Source: Patescibacteria group bacterium | GTDB taxonomy: Bacteria; Patescibacteriota; Microgenomatia; UBA1400; UBA1449 | DNA length: 64,000 bases | Direction of reading: 5' to 3' | Assembly (NCBI GenBank): GCA_050942955.1 | Contig: JBMNOG010000001.1 | Coordinates: forward strand, 68,347-132,346 | Shown here: in pieces, positions 50,848-60,314 of the stretch | How positions within the stretch are numbered: position 1 is the first letter of the stretch | Layout of the letters: the number at the start of each line of letters is the position of its first letter | The notes under the pieces: model-generated | Databases searched by the model: none | What the model was told of the DNA's origin: nothing | What the model saw: the letters and a program-made list of their open reading frames with translations, nothing else | Made by a program: the position numbers and the translations under genes

Positions 50848-51045
50848 TCACTCTTTATCAAATATAAACAGGTCATCAATGGTTGCTCCCAAAACTCTCG
50901 CTACATCATGGGCAAGTTTCAGAGATGGGTTGTACTTGCCTTTTTCCAAGAAAACAATCGTTTCGCGCCGCACTCCGACTTTGTCTGCCAACTCTTCCTG
51001 CGTTAATTCGTTTTTGGCTCGGTATTCTTTAATTCGTGTCTTCAT
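50848..51045 (-). CDS. XRE-family HTH transcriptional regulator
   Basis: IKEYR....LTQEELA.KVGV.RETI..LE.GKYNPSL.LA. Confidence 0.92.
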   Translation of the reverse strand: MKTRIKEYRAKNELTQEELADKVGVRRETIVFLEKGKYNPSLKLAHDVARVLGATIDDLFIFDKE

Positions 51046-51049
51046 AGGC

Positions 51050-51433
51050 TTAAATATCCTCTTTTTTACTAAAGTAAAACTGAAAAAGACTGCCTGAAAA
51101 AGCCATAAAAAACATAATGATACTTAAAACCGTTTGAGCAGTCATAGTAACTACATTTAAGCTAATCATCCAAACTAAAACCCCAACCAGCATAAACGTG
51201 CCTGTCCACGAATAAGCTAACCCTTTTGTCCCGATTTTTATTGTCCTCTCGTCCTTAATCACTTTTCCTTTATAACGAAAGTGGTAGAAAAGAGAAAAGC
51301 CAATGACAATTATGCCGGCATTAACCAGTGAAATACCAACCTGCTTATCTACGTTTTCAACAGCTAATAATGCTGCTCCAATAATTAACAGAATAACTCT
51401 AATCACTACTCTAGCTAGAAATGGTTTTTTCAT
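51050..51433 (-). CDS. DUF2178-like membrane protein
   Basis: KDERT.KI..K...YSW, four TM helices, AGGAGG RBS. Confidence 0.75.
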   Translation of the reverse strand: MKKPFLARVVIRVILLIIGAALLAVENVDKQVGISLVNAGIIVIGFSLFYHFRYKGKVIKDERTIKIGTKGLAYSWTGTFMLVGVLVWMISLNVVTMTAQTVLSIIMFFMAFSGSLFQFYFSKKEDI

Positions 51434-51442
51434 AGTTCCTCC

Positions 51443-51871
51443 TTAAATTTCTTTATTTTGTAAATACATATTTGACAATGCTTTTGCAGAAAGTCCTGTA
51501 AAAAGGGGAGCAATAAGTAGCCAAACAATATCATGATCAGCTACGTTTAAATTAGTTGCAGTAAGATACACAAGTTACAGAGCGAGCGTTGTTACCATTG
51601 TCCAGGAAGCATTACGTTCAGCAATGGCTTCGATTTTTATCTCTCTTTCGTCAAGTTTCATGCTGGCCATAATGTGAAGAAAGTCAGCCAGAAATACTAT
51701 CGCCAGCAAAGCGGTTGCGGCCACTCTTAGCAGTGGTTTATTAAGTAATTCCTGGATAATCACAAATAAACCCACAGCAGCTGCAATATATATCCAACCC
51801 TGCCAAGTTACAAGTGTAAGACCCCATCCTGTATATTTCCTTCTGATAAACCAACCAGGTTTGCCGATCAT
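51443..51871 (-). pseudogene. Membrane protein gene with an internal TAA
   Basis: WF.RRKYTGWG....TWQGW..DERE..IEA.AERNA; TAA at 51575-51577 is followed in frame by 43 more codons ending at 51443, right before the next RBS. Confidence 0.7.
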
Positions 51872-51890
51872 ACATTCTCCTTTAAAAAAT

Positions 51891-51946
51891 GTTAGATATA
51901 TATAACTCTATGTTAGAAATATATCACACTAACTTAATACGTGCAA
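51891..51946 (-). promoter_or_regulatory. Promoter with two tandem operator-like sites
   Basis: TTGCAC-17-TATATT on the minus strand; GTTAGATATATATAAC (51891-51906) and GTTAGAAATATATCAC (51912-51927). Confidence 0.6.
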
Positions 51947-52029
51947 TAGTCTGAAGATGATAAGTTTCAAGCATTAAGAAACACTCTTAAGTTCTTGAAG
52001 TTATGTAAGTTGGGAAAACTTAAGAAGAC

Positions 52030-52164
52030 TTACTCGCTAAAGGGTGCAAACCTGAAGTTGGGACCGCCGAAAAGCGGCGTAAAAGTGTAGAGAATAATGA
52101 GGATAGCGGCAATAAAAATAAGCCAGCCGACCAGCCCCATCCCCTTTTCTTTATCATTAATCAT
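52030..52164 (-). CDS. 44-aa single-TM protein with a class-III-like leader
   Basis: Not in ORF track. AAGGAGGG RBS; MINDKEKGMGLVGWLIFIAAILIILYTFTPLFGGPNFRFAPFSE. Confidence 0.6.
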   Translation of the reverse strand: MINDKEKGMGLVGWLIFIAAILIILYTFTPLFGGPNFRFAPFSE

Positions 52165-52216
52165 AGTTCTTCCCTCCTTTCTAACTTAAAGTAAGTATAT
52201 TTCCGGAAATAGTTTT

Positions 52217-52651
52217 TTAGACACTCCACCCTTTTCTTTCCAGTTCATCAATAAAAATCTCAGCTGTTTTGGGGCCGATACCCTTAAACTCCTGCAAGCG
52301 CTGGCTCAATGTACTTCGGTTGCCGGACTCTTTCACTAGTTCAAGCACTGAGCCATACTCATTTTTGAGTTTTTCCATAATTTCAAGTAGCTTTGTAGCG
52401 GTTGATTCGTCGTAGCGAACATAGTGCCCTCTATCCAAAACCTTCACCAACCTATCCCAGCCAGCATCCAAAATTGCTTGAGGTGTAACCAACCCCTCTT
52501 TTTCAAACTCAAAGTAAGTTCTCTTCACTACCTGCTGCTGAATTGGTTTTCCAAATAGCAAACTTGCTAAAAACCATTTAAACAACTCCGTTTCATCTTT
52601 AGACTTCAGTTGAATCTTTAAATCATCCGAATCAACATTGCCATCATGCAT
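52217..52651 (-). CDS. HhH-superfamily DNA-binding/glycosylase-like protein
   Basis: FKWFLASLLFGKPI, G.YVRYDESTA, L..FKGIGPKTA.IF helix-hairpin-helix. Confidence 0.75.
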   Translation of the reverse strand: MHDGNVDSDDLKIQLKSKDETELFKWFLASLLFGKPIQQQVVKRTYFEFEKEGLVTPQAILDAGWDRLVKVLDRGHYVRYDESTATKLLEIMEKLKNEYGSVLELVKESGNRSTLSQRLQEFKGIGPKTAEIFIDELERKGWSV

Positions 52652-52655
52652 AAAG

Positions 52656-53306
52656 TTACAAGTATTTTAAAAACCAATCACTAGCTTTACTAGCCACCTG
52701 CCCCAAAGCTCCGGGTTCTTCAAAAAGGTGTGTTGCTCCGGGAATAATTGCCAGCTGCGTGAACTTGGCATTCGTCATACGATTCATCGCCTCTTCGTTT
52801 AGCTTGATTACCTCTCTGTCTTCTTCTCCGACTACGAACAATACAGGCGCTTCTACATCTTTTAAAGCATCTCCTGCTAAGTCCGGCCGGCCGCCTCGCG
52901 AAACTATGGTCTGGACATTCTTTGGTAGCCGGGCAGCCGCTACCAAAGCTGCAGCTGCACCTGTGCTAGCACCGAAGTACCCCACAGGTAAATCCTGTGT
53001 ATTAGGGTGAGTTTTAGTAAAGTGAGTAGCATACACAAGCCTTTCTGCCAGAAGGTCAATATTAAAGCGGTACTCCCTCGTCACTTCGTCTTCAATTTCT
53101 TCCTCTTCTGTTAGAAGATCAATGAGTAATGTAGAAAGACCGCGGCTATTAAGCTTTTCCGCCACAAACCGATTGCGCGGGCTAAATCTGCCGCTGCCAC
53201 TGCCGTGGGCAAAGATAACAATGCCGGAGGTGTCTGGCGGTATGCTCAAACTACCATTTATAGAGACATCTCCGGCCTTAATTTCAAAGTCATAGGATTT
53301 ATCCAT
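52656..53306 (-). CDS. Dienelactone hydrolase family alpha/beta hydrolase
   Basis: FAHGSGSGRFSPRN, GYFGASTGAAAAL, SRGGRPDLA, PGATHLFEE. Confidence 0.9.
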   Translation of the reverse strand: MDKSYDFEIKAGDVSINGSLSIPPDTSGIVIFAHGSGSGRFSPRNRFVAEKLNSRGLSTLLIDLLTEEEEIEDEVTREYRFNIDLLAERLVYATHFTKTHPNTQDLPVGYFGASTGAAAALVAAARLPKNVQTIVSRGGRPDLAGDALKDVEAPVLFVVGEEDREVIKLNEEAMNRMTNAKFTQLAIIPGATHLFEEPGALGQVASKASDWFLKYL

Positions 53307-53350
53307 AACCGATTATGGCATTCTTTTACCTGCTCAGGTGTAAGCCGCCC

Positions 53351-53707
53351 TCAAAGTTTATCCAGGATTTTCTCAATCACAGTCTTATCCTCTTTTTTCT
53401 CTTTACGTTTCTCTTCCCAGTGTTCTTCGCGCTGGGCTTTGGCCTCGCCATGCTTTGTTCCCATCGGCCTTTGGGTCATATGCTCTTTTACCATATCATA
53501 AGCTTCGTGAGGATCATTCGTAAACTCCACTCCCTTATCCTCTAGCCTTGCGATATCATCTGCCATTTGGTGGGCTTCCTCTTTAGTCACATGCCAAAGT
53601 TCCTCTCCCTTATCCCGGGCAAATTGCGCCAGCTCCCCCCAGCTTCTTGCATGGGTGTGTTTGTAAAGCTGCTCCATGTCTGAAGCATCATATGCTCTGT
53701 CTGCCAT
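53351..53707 (-). CDS. Hydrophilic hypothetical protein (stress-protein-like)
   Basis: AAGGAGG RBS, highly charged 118 aa. Confidence 0.7.
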   Translation of the reverse strand: MADRAYDASDMEQLYKHTHARSWGELAQFARDKGEELWHVTKEEAHQMADDIARLEDKGVEFTNDPHEAYDMVKEHMTQRPMGTKHGEAKAQREEHWEEKRKEKKEDKTVIEKILDKL

Positions 53708-53758
53708 AGTGCTCACCTCCTTACTATTTTGATAACAGGAAAACTATAAAATCTCCCT

Positions 53759-53796
53759 ATAAGTGCCAGGTAAAGGGTATGTAAGAATGTGGTGAG
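53759..53796 (-). promoter_or_regulatory. 11-bp-periodic CTTAC-like direct-repeat array
   Basis: Plus strand ATAAG/GTAAA/GTAAG/GTGAG at 53759/53770/53781/53792. Confidence 0.65.
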
Positions 53797-54435
53797 GGGA
53801 ATTTCCAATTTAGAATGTTGCAATGAGCAATTAGTTATCAATGAATAGTGGGAAAAGTGACTCAGTAATAGGTAACTGGTAAAGGGTAAGAGGTAAAAAG
53901 AAGCGAGTGTCAAGTGCTGAGCACTAGGGGATAGGGTATAACTTCTCTTTTCTTTTCCGTAAAGAAAAGAGGGAAAATCCCCGCTTTGAAATAAAAAATA
54001 GGAAAGCACCCAATTTTTTCTTACTTGCCTAAGAAAAGAAGGACACCATTATTAGCCTGTTTGCCTGTACCTTTCACTCAAAAAGATGAGGAACATCCTT
54101 CCAAAATTTCTCTTCGCTCAGTTTCGGCTTTCCTACCATTTTTCGTTCAAGCTACCTTGCTGACAGACTAAAAAAGGTAGGGCTTAAATATTTGAAATAG
54201 ACTAGTTACATGAGGAGTCCCTCCTTTAAATATAAAGGCTCCCTTCTTTCTACCCTGCACTTCACACTTCACACTTTCTTGCGCTTGTTTCACTTGCTGA
54301 ATCTCTCGAAAAGCACTAGATGAAAAATAGTATCACTCTAAGCTCTTTCTACTTTCTACTTAATTTTTACTACTTGCTTCAGGTTTTTTATATTGTTCAT
54401 TGTTCATTGCCCCATTGTAAATTGAAAGTTTCCCC

Positions 54436-54451
54436 CTTACCCCCCTCTTAC
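54436..54451 (+). promoter_or_regulatory. CTTAC-N6-CTTAC box upstream of the Lon-like gene
   Basis: CTTAC-CCCCCT-CTTAC. Confidence 0.6.
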
Positions 54452-54522
54452 ACAACACTAAGAAACCTCACACATTTTACCCATATCCTTAAACAGGTTA
54501 GTTAGATAGATGGAGAATTCAT

Positions 54523-56934
54523 ATGGCAAAAAACAACCATGAACTTTCAGTAGACAAACTTCGGCGGGAATGTGATCCAAAAATTTTCAAGTTTAAAGAT
54601 ACAAGCGAACTGGAGACGCTTGACGGTATTATCGGGCAAGAGCGGGCGGTCCGGGCTATGGATTTTGGCGTGGATATTAAGAGCCCCGGATACAACGTTT
54701 TTGCCCTAGGCAGAACCAGTACAGGTAAGCGTACAACTGTCAAAAAACTTCTGGAGAAAAAAGCAGCCAAAAATCCTACTCCTTCTGATTGGTGCTATGT
54801 CAATAATTTTGATGACACGGAAAAACCCAAGGCTTTAAAACTTCCGGCCGGCAAAGGCTGCCAGTTAAAAGACGATATGCAGGAGCTGGTTAAAGCTTTG
54901 AAGGATGAGGTGCCCGAGGCCTTTGAGAGTAAAGAGTATCAGGAAGAAGTCGAAAAAATCAAACAAAACTTACGGGAAAAGCGTGAAAATGCCTTGAACA
55001 ATTTTAAAAAGGAGGCAGAGAACAAAAACTTTACCATGATCACCACTTCCCAGGGTGTGGCTCTGGTCCCCAAGTTTGAGGATAAAGAAGGCAGTTTAAG
55101 CACGCTTTTGCAAGGATTGGGAGGTAGCCAGCACAGAGACGATGGGGAAAGCAAAAAACAGCTCGAAGCCAAGTTCTCTGAGACTATGCAGGAAATGGAA
55201 GATGTCCAACAGCGGGCAAAAGACAAAATTAAAGACCTTGATAAGCGGACACTAACCTTTACCGTTGACCCTCTTCTTAATAGATTAAAAAAGAAGTATA
55301 AAGACTACAACAAAGTCATTGAATTCTTGAACGCAGTTCAGAATGATATTTTGGAAAACTCTGAACAGTTTAAAAAAGCCAAGCAAATGGAAAGCTTGAA
55401 AGGTACTTCTTGGGAGCAGCTTCTGCAGTCTTCATTGCCTTCATTTGACCAGTACGAAGTAAATTTAATCGTTGATAATTGCGATACTGAAGGTGCTCCG
55501 GTTGTTATTGAAAGTAACCCTACATATCAAAATCTGGTAGGTAAAGTTGAGTATGAAGCACGACTAGGAGCGCTGATTACTAACTTTGGCAACATTAGAG
55601 CTGGAGCCCTACACAAAGCTAATGGCGGCTACCTAATGGTTGAGGCACGCAAACTTCTCACAAAACCATTTTCCTGGGAAGCACTTAAACGGGTTTTGCA
55701 GGATGGAGAAATTAGAATTGAGCAGGTCGCAACCAGTTATCAGGCATTTGTTGCCAAAACCCTGCAGCCTGAACCGATTCCCCTTAATGTTAAAGTCGTT
55801 ATAACCGGCGATCCTCTCCTCTACTATCTTCTCTACATTTATGACAAAGATTTTCAGAAGATGTTTAAGGTTAAAGTCGATTTTTCCATACAGACTGACT
55901 GGAAAGATGACACTGTGCAAAAGTACGCCCAATTTATCGGCACTATTTGCGAGAATGAAAACCTGAAACATTTCACCCCCTCAGGAGTAGCTCAGGTAGT
56001 TGAAGAGGCAAGTAGGATTGTTTCTGACCAAGGGAAACTGGCTACCAAGTTCGGAGAACTGCAAGATGTTATCAGAGAATCAAGCTATTGGGCTACAAAA
56101 AACGGCAACGGCACAGTCCAAGGTAAGGATGTTCAAAAAGCCCTTGATGAGAAAATTTACCGCTCCAATAAAATTGAAGAACGCTTACAGGAAATGATTG
56201 ATGAAGGCACGATCCTAATAGATACTGAAGGTGAAGTAACCGGTCAGGTGAACGGCATTTCAGTTTTAACCTTAGGAGACTACAGCTTCGGCAAGCCTTC
56301 CAGGATTACTGCCCGTACCTATGTCGGTAAGGAGGGTGTGGTGAACATTGACCGGGAGACTGAGCTCGGCGGCCGCATCCATAACAAAGGTGTTCTCATT
56401 CTCACCGGTTACCTGGGCGGCAAGTATGCTCAGGAAGTACCGCTTTCACTTGGAGCGTCTATCGCTTTTGAGCAGCTGTATGAGGAAGTTGAGGGCGACA
56501 GCGCTTCTTCAGCTGAACTCTATACCCTGCTCTCAAGTTTGTCGGGCTACCCCATTAAACAAGACTTTGCCGTAACCGGCTCAGTAAACCAACATGGACA
56601 GGTTCAGGCAATTGGCGGAGTCAATGAAAAAATCGAGGGCTACTTTAGGGTATGCAAGCTCAAGGGCTTAACGGGAAAGCAAGGAGTAGTTATCCCCCAA
56701 AGTAATGTTAAAAACCTAATGCTCAATGAAGAAGTAATTGGGGCAGTCAAAAAGGGGAGGTTCCATATCCATGCAATCAAAACTGTTAACGAAGGCATTG
56801 AGATTCTTACCGGCAAGCCAGCCGGAGAATTGGAAAATGGCTCGTATCCTAAAAACACCGTTAACTGGGCAGTACAGGAAAAACTGAAAGCGTTAGCAGA
56901 AAAAGGCAAGGAGTTTCGTAAAAGCGAGGTTTAG
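54523..56934 (+). CDS. Lon-family protease, LonC/YcbZ-like (AAA_32 plus Lon_C)
   Basis: IIGQERAVRA, YV.NF, coiled-coil insert, GALHKANGGYL, GDSASSAEL (Ser), GGVNEKIEG (Lys). Confidence 0.9.
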   Translation: MAKNNHELSVDKLRRECDPKIFKFKDTSELETLDGIIGQERAVRAMDFGVDIKSPGYNVFALGRTSTGKRTTVKKLLEKKAAKNPTPSDWCYVNNFDDTEKPKALKLPAGKGCQLKDDMQELVKALKDEVPEAFESKEYQEEVEKIKQNLREKRENALNNFKKEAENKNFTMITTSQGVALVPKFEDKEGSLSTLLQGLGGSQHRDDGESKKQLEAKFSETMQEMEDVQQRAKDKIKDLDKRTLTFTVDPLLNRLKKKYKDYNKVIEFLNAVQNDILENSEQFKKAKQMESLKGTSWEQLLQSSLPSFDQYEVNLIVDNCDTEGAPVVIESNPTYQNLVGKVEYEARLGALITNFGNIRAGALHKANGGYLMVEARKLLTKPFSWEALKRVLQDGEIRIEQVATSYQAFVAKTLQPEPIPLNVKVVITGDPLLYYLLYIYDKDFQKMFKVKVDFSIQTDWKDDTVQKYAQFIGTICENENLKHFTPSGVAQVVEEASRIVSDQGKLATKFGELQDVIRESSYWATKNGNGTVQGKDVQKALDEKIYRSNKIEERLQEMIDEGTILIDTEGEVTGQVNGISVLTLGDYSFGKPSRITARTYVGKEGVVNIDRETELGGRIHNKGVLILTGYLGGKYAQEVPLSLGASIAFEQLYEEVEGDSASSAELYTLLSSLSGYPIKQDFAVTGSVNQHGQVQAIGGVNEKIEGYFRVCKLKGLTGKQGVVIPQSNVKNLMLNEEVIGAVKKGRFHIHAIKTVNEGIEILTGKPAGELENGSYPKNTVNWAVQEKLKALAEKGKEFRKSEV

Positions 56935-56956
56935 GTGGCTTATATAAAGGAGGTAT

Positions 56957-57946
56957 GTGAGACTGGCACTTATTGGCGATGTCATGCTGGGGCGGCTTGT
57001 TAATGACGCTTTAAAAACTGAGCCGCCTCCTTATCCTTGGGGCAACACATTGCATGTCCTCAAAACCGCTGATTTTAGACTTTGCAACCTCGAGACTGCC
57101 ATAACTGACAAAGGTAATCCTTGGTCAGCAACTCCAAAGGTATTCCATTTCCGTACAGACCCCATAAACGTCGGTGTCCTTACCGCCGCTTCGATCAGCC
57201 AAGTGTGTCTGGCAAACAATCACATTCTTGACTACGAGTTCGAGGGTATGTTCCAGACTATAGAGATTTTAAAGGAAAATGGTGTCAATTTTGCCGGAGC
57301 AGGTGAAGACTTAACTGCCGCTTCTATGCCGGCAGTATCAGAAGTTAAAAGATTAAAAATTGGTCTCATTTCTTTTACCGACAATGAGCCTGTCTGGGAA
57401 GCAACTAATGAAAGACCAGGGGTCTTCTATGTACCTATTGATCTTGGAGATAACAGGACAAGGCATCTCCTGGAAACAGTTGAGAAAGCCAGGGAGATAG
57501 TAGATTTACTTATTGTTTCGCCCCACTGGGGGCCTAACTGGGGCTATGATCCTCCTCCTGAACACAAGTATCTTGCCCACGCTCTACTTGATCATGGAGC
57601 TGACATAGTTTTCGGACACTCGGCACACATCTTTAGAGGAATTGAGCTTTATAAAGGCAAACCGATTTTCTATAATGCCGGTGACTTTGTGAATGATTAC
57701 TCAATTGATGAGATGGAAAGGAACGACCAGGGATTTATTTATATACTTGAGACAGAGGACACCCGAGTTTCCAGCATCACCCTTTACCCCACTCTTATTC
57801 GCGAATTTCAAGTAGTTTTAGCCAGAGAATTTGAAGCCAGAGAAATCACTGAAAAAATGGCACAGCTCTGTCTTGACTTTAATACACCCTCACTTTTCAA
57901 TCCCACCCTACAAACTCTGGAAATCCCTATAACAAGTACTGCATAA
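56957..57946 (+). CDS. CapA/PGA_cap family metallophosphatase
   Basis: GDVMLGR, NLET, LANNHILD, PHWG, GHSAH; AGGAGG RBS. Confidence 0.9.
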   Translation: MRLALIGDVMLGRLVNDALKTEPPPYPWGNTLHVLKTADFRLCNLETAITDKGNPWSATPKVFHFRTDPINVGVLTAASISQVCLANNHILDYEFEGMFQTIEILKENGVNFAGAGEDLTAASMPAVSEVKRLKIGLISFTDNEPVWEATNERPGVFYVPIDLGDNRTRHLLETVEKAREIVDLLIVSPHWGPNWGYDPPPEHKYLAHALLDHGADIVFGHSAHIFRGIELYKGKPIFYNAGDFVNDYSIDEMERNDQGFIYILETEDTRVSSITLYPTLIREFQVVLAREFEAREITEKMAQLCLDFNTPSLFNPTLQTLEIPITSTA

Positions 57947-57977
57947 AAGCCTAGGCAGAAGATACAATATCTGCAAT

Positions 57978-58511
57978 ATGAAGATCGGGGTAATTTCAGA
58001 TACTCATAGTAATATGCCTTGCATGCAGGCAGCTGTAAAACTTCTCTTAGACAGAGACGTTAGCCTAGTTGTTCATTTAGGTGATTGGTCATCTGTGTAT
58101 GCTTTTCAGTTCTTATTCCAGGAACTAAAAAAGCATAACCTTCCTCTTAAAGGAGTGCTGGGTAATAACGATGCTTCACTGGAAAATCAGCTCCTGGAAA
58201 ATGATCGCCTGGGTTCAGACTCTCTGGAACTGCAGCGAGAACTGCTGACTTTTACCCTGGAGGGTCGAAACCTAGCCGCTACTCACGGAGATAACTACAA
58301 GCTTTTAAGAAACCTTATCCAAAGTAGTATGTATGATGCCATTTTTTACGGCCATACCCACAGGGCTAAAAAGGAAGTAGTAGGAAAGACTCTGGTTGTT
58401 AACCCCGGCTCAACAACGTTCTCTGTCCCCTGCTCTCAAAAACTCAAATCTTTGGCTATTTACGACACGAAAAGCAATTCTATAGACATAGAAACATTTA
58501 CTATTGATTAA
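57978..58511 (+). CDS. YfcE family metallophosphoesterase
   Basis: SDTHSN, HLGD, GNND, THG, GHTH, NPGS. Confidence 0.9.
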   Translation: MKIGVISDTHSNMPCMQAAVKLLLDRDVSLVVHLGDWSSVYAFQFLFQELKKHNLPLKGVLGNNDASLENQLLENDRLGSDSLELQRELLTFTLEGRNLAATHGDNYKLLRNLIQSSMYDAIFYGHTHRAKKEVVGKTLVVNPGSTTFSVPCSQKLKSLAIYDTKSNSIDIETFTID

Positions 58512-58538
58512 GCCAATTTCTAAAAGACGACTAACTTT

Positions 58539-58565
58539 CTTACTCTCCTCTTTCCCAGCTCTCAC
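58539..58565 (+). promoter_or_regulatory. 11-bp-periodic CTTAC-like array
   Basis: CTTAC/CTTTC/CTCAC at 58539/58550/58561. Confidence 0.55.
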
Positions 58566-58623
58566 AGTGTTATGAGGATACTTATCTATATCTGTTGTAA
58601 CTAAAAATTATAGGGAGGTAATT

Positions 58624-59199
58624 ATGCTCAGAAATTTCATGCAAAGAGGTATCTCTACAATAACCATTATTCTTATCATTGCTGCCGTAATTATTTTAGG
58701 TTGGATTTTTTTTAGCGAAAGTAATGTTTTAGATCAACGTGAACCAACTGGCGAAGTCACAGTAAATAACATTGTTGACAATCCAGAAAGCTACTACGGC
58801 CAGGAAGTAAGTGTTGTCGGTGAGGTTGCTGATGTAAGAAACCCGAGAGTCTTTGTTCTCCAAGGCAAAGAAGATCTTATTGACGATAAGATTTGGATAA
58901 TAACTCGCAGTCCTATACCGGATTTTGAAGAAAGAGTCGAAGGAGAATTATTTGAGAGCGACAGTCCGGTCCAGGTAGTCGGAACTGTGAGGCGGTTTAT
59001 TGTTACCGAAGTTGAACAAGAAGTAGAATTTGACCTTGACCCAGATATAGAAGCAGAGGCAAATGCGAATAGACCAGTTATTATCGCCGACAGAGTACTT
59101 ATTCTTGAGGAAGTTACCCCTCCTGCCGCAACACCTGAGGTTACTCCGGAAACAGTTACACCTGAGGCTACCTCAGATGGGGTTCTGGAGTTTGAGTGA
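58624..59199 (+). CDS. Membrane-anchored OB-fold-like hypothetical protein
   Basis: GGGAGG RBS, QRG plus TM helix, NP.SYYGQ.V.V.GEV, V.V.GTVR. Confidence 0.7.
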   Translation: MLRNFMQRGISTITIILIIAAVIILGWIFFSESNVLDQREPTGEVTVNNIVDNPESYYGQEVSVVGEVADVRNPRVFVLQGKEDLIDDKIWIITRSPIPDFEERVEGELFESDSPVQVVGTVRRFIVTEVEQEVEFDLDPDIEAEANANRPVIIADRVLILEEVTPPAATPEVTPETVTPEATSDGVLEFE

Positions 59200-59202
59200 G
59201 AT

Positions 59203-59643
59203 ATGCAGATAACCAGTCCGGCTTTTAGTAATAACGGAGATATTCCCCAGCGTTATACCTGCGACGGCCAGGACATCAACCCTCCCCTTTCACTTTCAGA
59301 CATACCTGAGGAGGCAGAGAGCTTGGTTATAACTGTAACTGATCCAGATACGCCAGGTAAAACCTGGGTTCACTGGGTGGTATTTAACATTAGTCCTGAT
59401 GTAAAAGAAGTGGAAGAAGACAGTGTCCCTGAAGGAGGCATTCTAGGCAGTAACGATTTTGGACAAACAGAATACGGAGGTCCCTGTCCACCCTCCGGAG
59501 AAACACATCACTACTTTTTTACAGTGTATGCCATTTATATAAAAACTACCTTGGAAGAAGGTGTTGTGTTTGACGAAGTTATGGAGACAATTGAAGATAA
59601 TATTATTGACTCAGCAGAACTTGTGGGAACATACAGAAGGTAA
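59203..59643 (+). CDS. YbhB/YbcL (PEBP) family protein
   Basis: ITSPAF, YTCDG.DINPPL, DPD.P...WVHWVVFNI, YGGPCPPSG..HHY.F. Confidence 0.95.
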   Translation: MQITSPAFSNNGDIPQRYTCDGQDINPPLSLSDIPEEAESLVITVTDPDTPGKTWVHWVVFNISPDVKEVEEDSVPEGGILGSNDFGQTEYGGPCPPSGETHHYFFTVYAIYIKTTLEEGVVFDEVMETIEDNIIDSAELVGTYRR

Positions 59644-59696
59644 CTATTACATCTTCACCTCCTCTATCATTTTCTGCAGTTTAAGCTTCCTGATAG

Positions 59697-60203
59697 TCAT
59701 GTTTTTGAAATTACCTCAGCTTCTTCAAGTCCATATTTTTTCAGAATTTCAAGAGCTGAAGTTTCCATGTTGCCATCAGCAATTATAGAGATAAATGTCT
59801 CCCCTCGTTTTACCCTCTTTTCGTAATTTTTAGCAAGAGACTCAGAAAAACCGGCACTCACCAGAGCAAGCATAAGCCCTCCTCCCAAGGCTCCTAATAC
59901 ACCTCCACTAACTCCCCGACTTCTAATCATTGGTCCGGCAGCATGAACAAGACCAATACCCGGAACAATCACCAAACGCATCGCCAAATCCTTAAGCGTC
60001 CCTCCTACTGTACTGGAGGTTGCTTCTGCTGTTCCACCTTTACTTCCTTGAAGTACAGCCAGTCCTGTATCTTTCCTAGACTCTTCTTCTGGGGTTAGCA
60101 ACGAAACACTATCAATAGCAGTATAGCCGCTATTTTTTAACTCAGAAACTGCCTGACTAGCTAACTCCTTGTTTTTGAATGTTCCGGCAATCATGTGAGA
60201 CAT
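59697..60203 (-). CDS. General-stress-protein-like protein with Gly-zipper
   Basis: G.F.....A..AV.EL...GY, IVPGIG...AAGP, Gly-rich TM, A..YE..VK.G. Confidence 0.7.
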   Translation of the reverse strand: MSHMIAGTFKNKELASQAVSELKNSGYTAIDSVSLLTPEEESRKDTGLAVLQGSKGGTAEATSSTVGGTLKDLAMRLVIVPGIGLVHAAGPMIRSRGVSGGVLGALGGGLMLALVSAGFSESLAKNYEKRVKRGETFISIIADGNMETSALEILKKYGLEEAEVISKT

Positions 60204-60264
60204 ATGTTCACTCCTCTTTTGTATACATTTATAAAATACTAGGTGATTACTGTAAAAACGCTAT

Positions 60265-60302
60265 GTAAGAAAAATGCTAATACTATGTAAAGGTTAGGTA
60301 AG
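60265..60302 (-). promoter_or_regulatory. 11-bp-periodic CTTAC-like array
   Basis: Plus strand GTAAG 60265, GTAAA 60287, GTAAG 60298. Confidence 0.6.
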
Positions 60303-60314
60303 AAGTCTTTCTTG

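Noticed and set aside
53713-54505. ORFs 53713-54009 and 54320-54505
   Set aside because: Their low-complexity translations arise from the heptamer repeats and they overlap promoter arrays.
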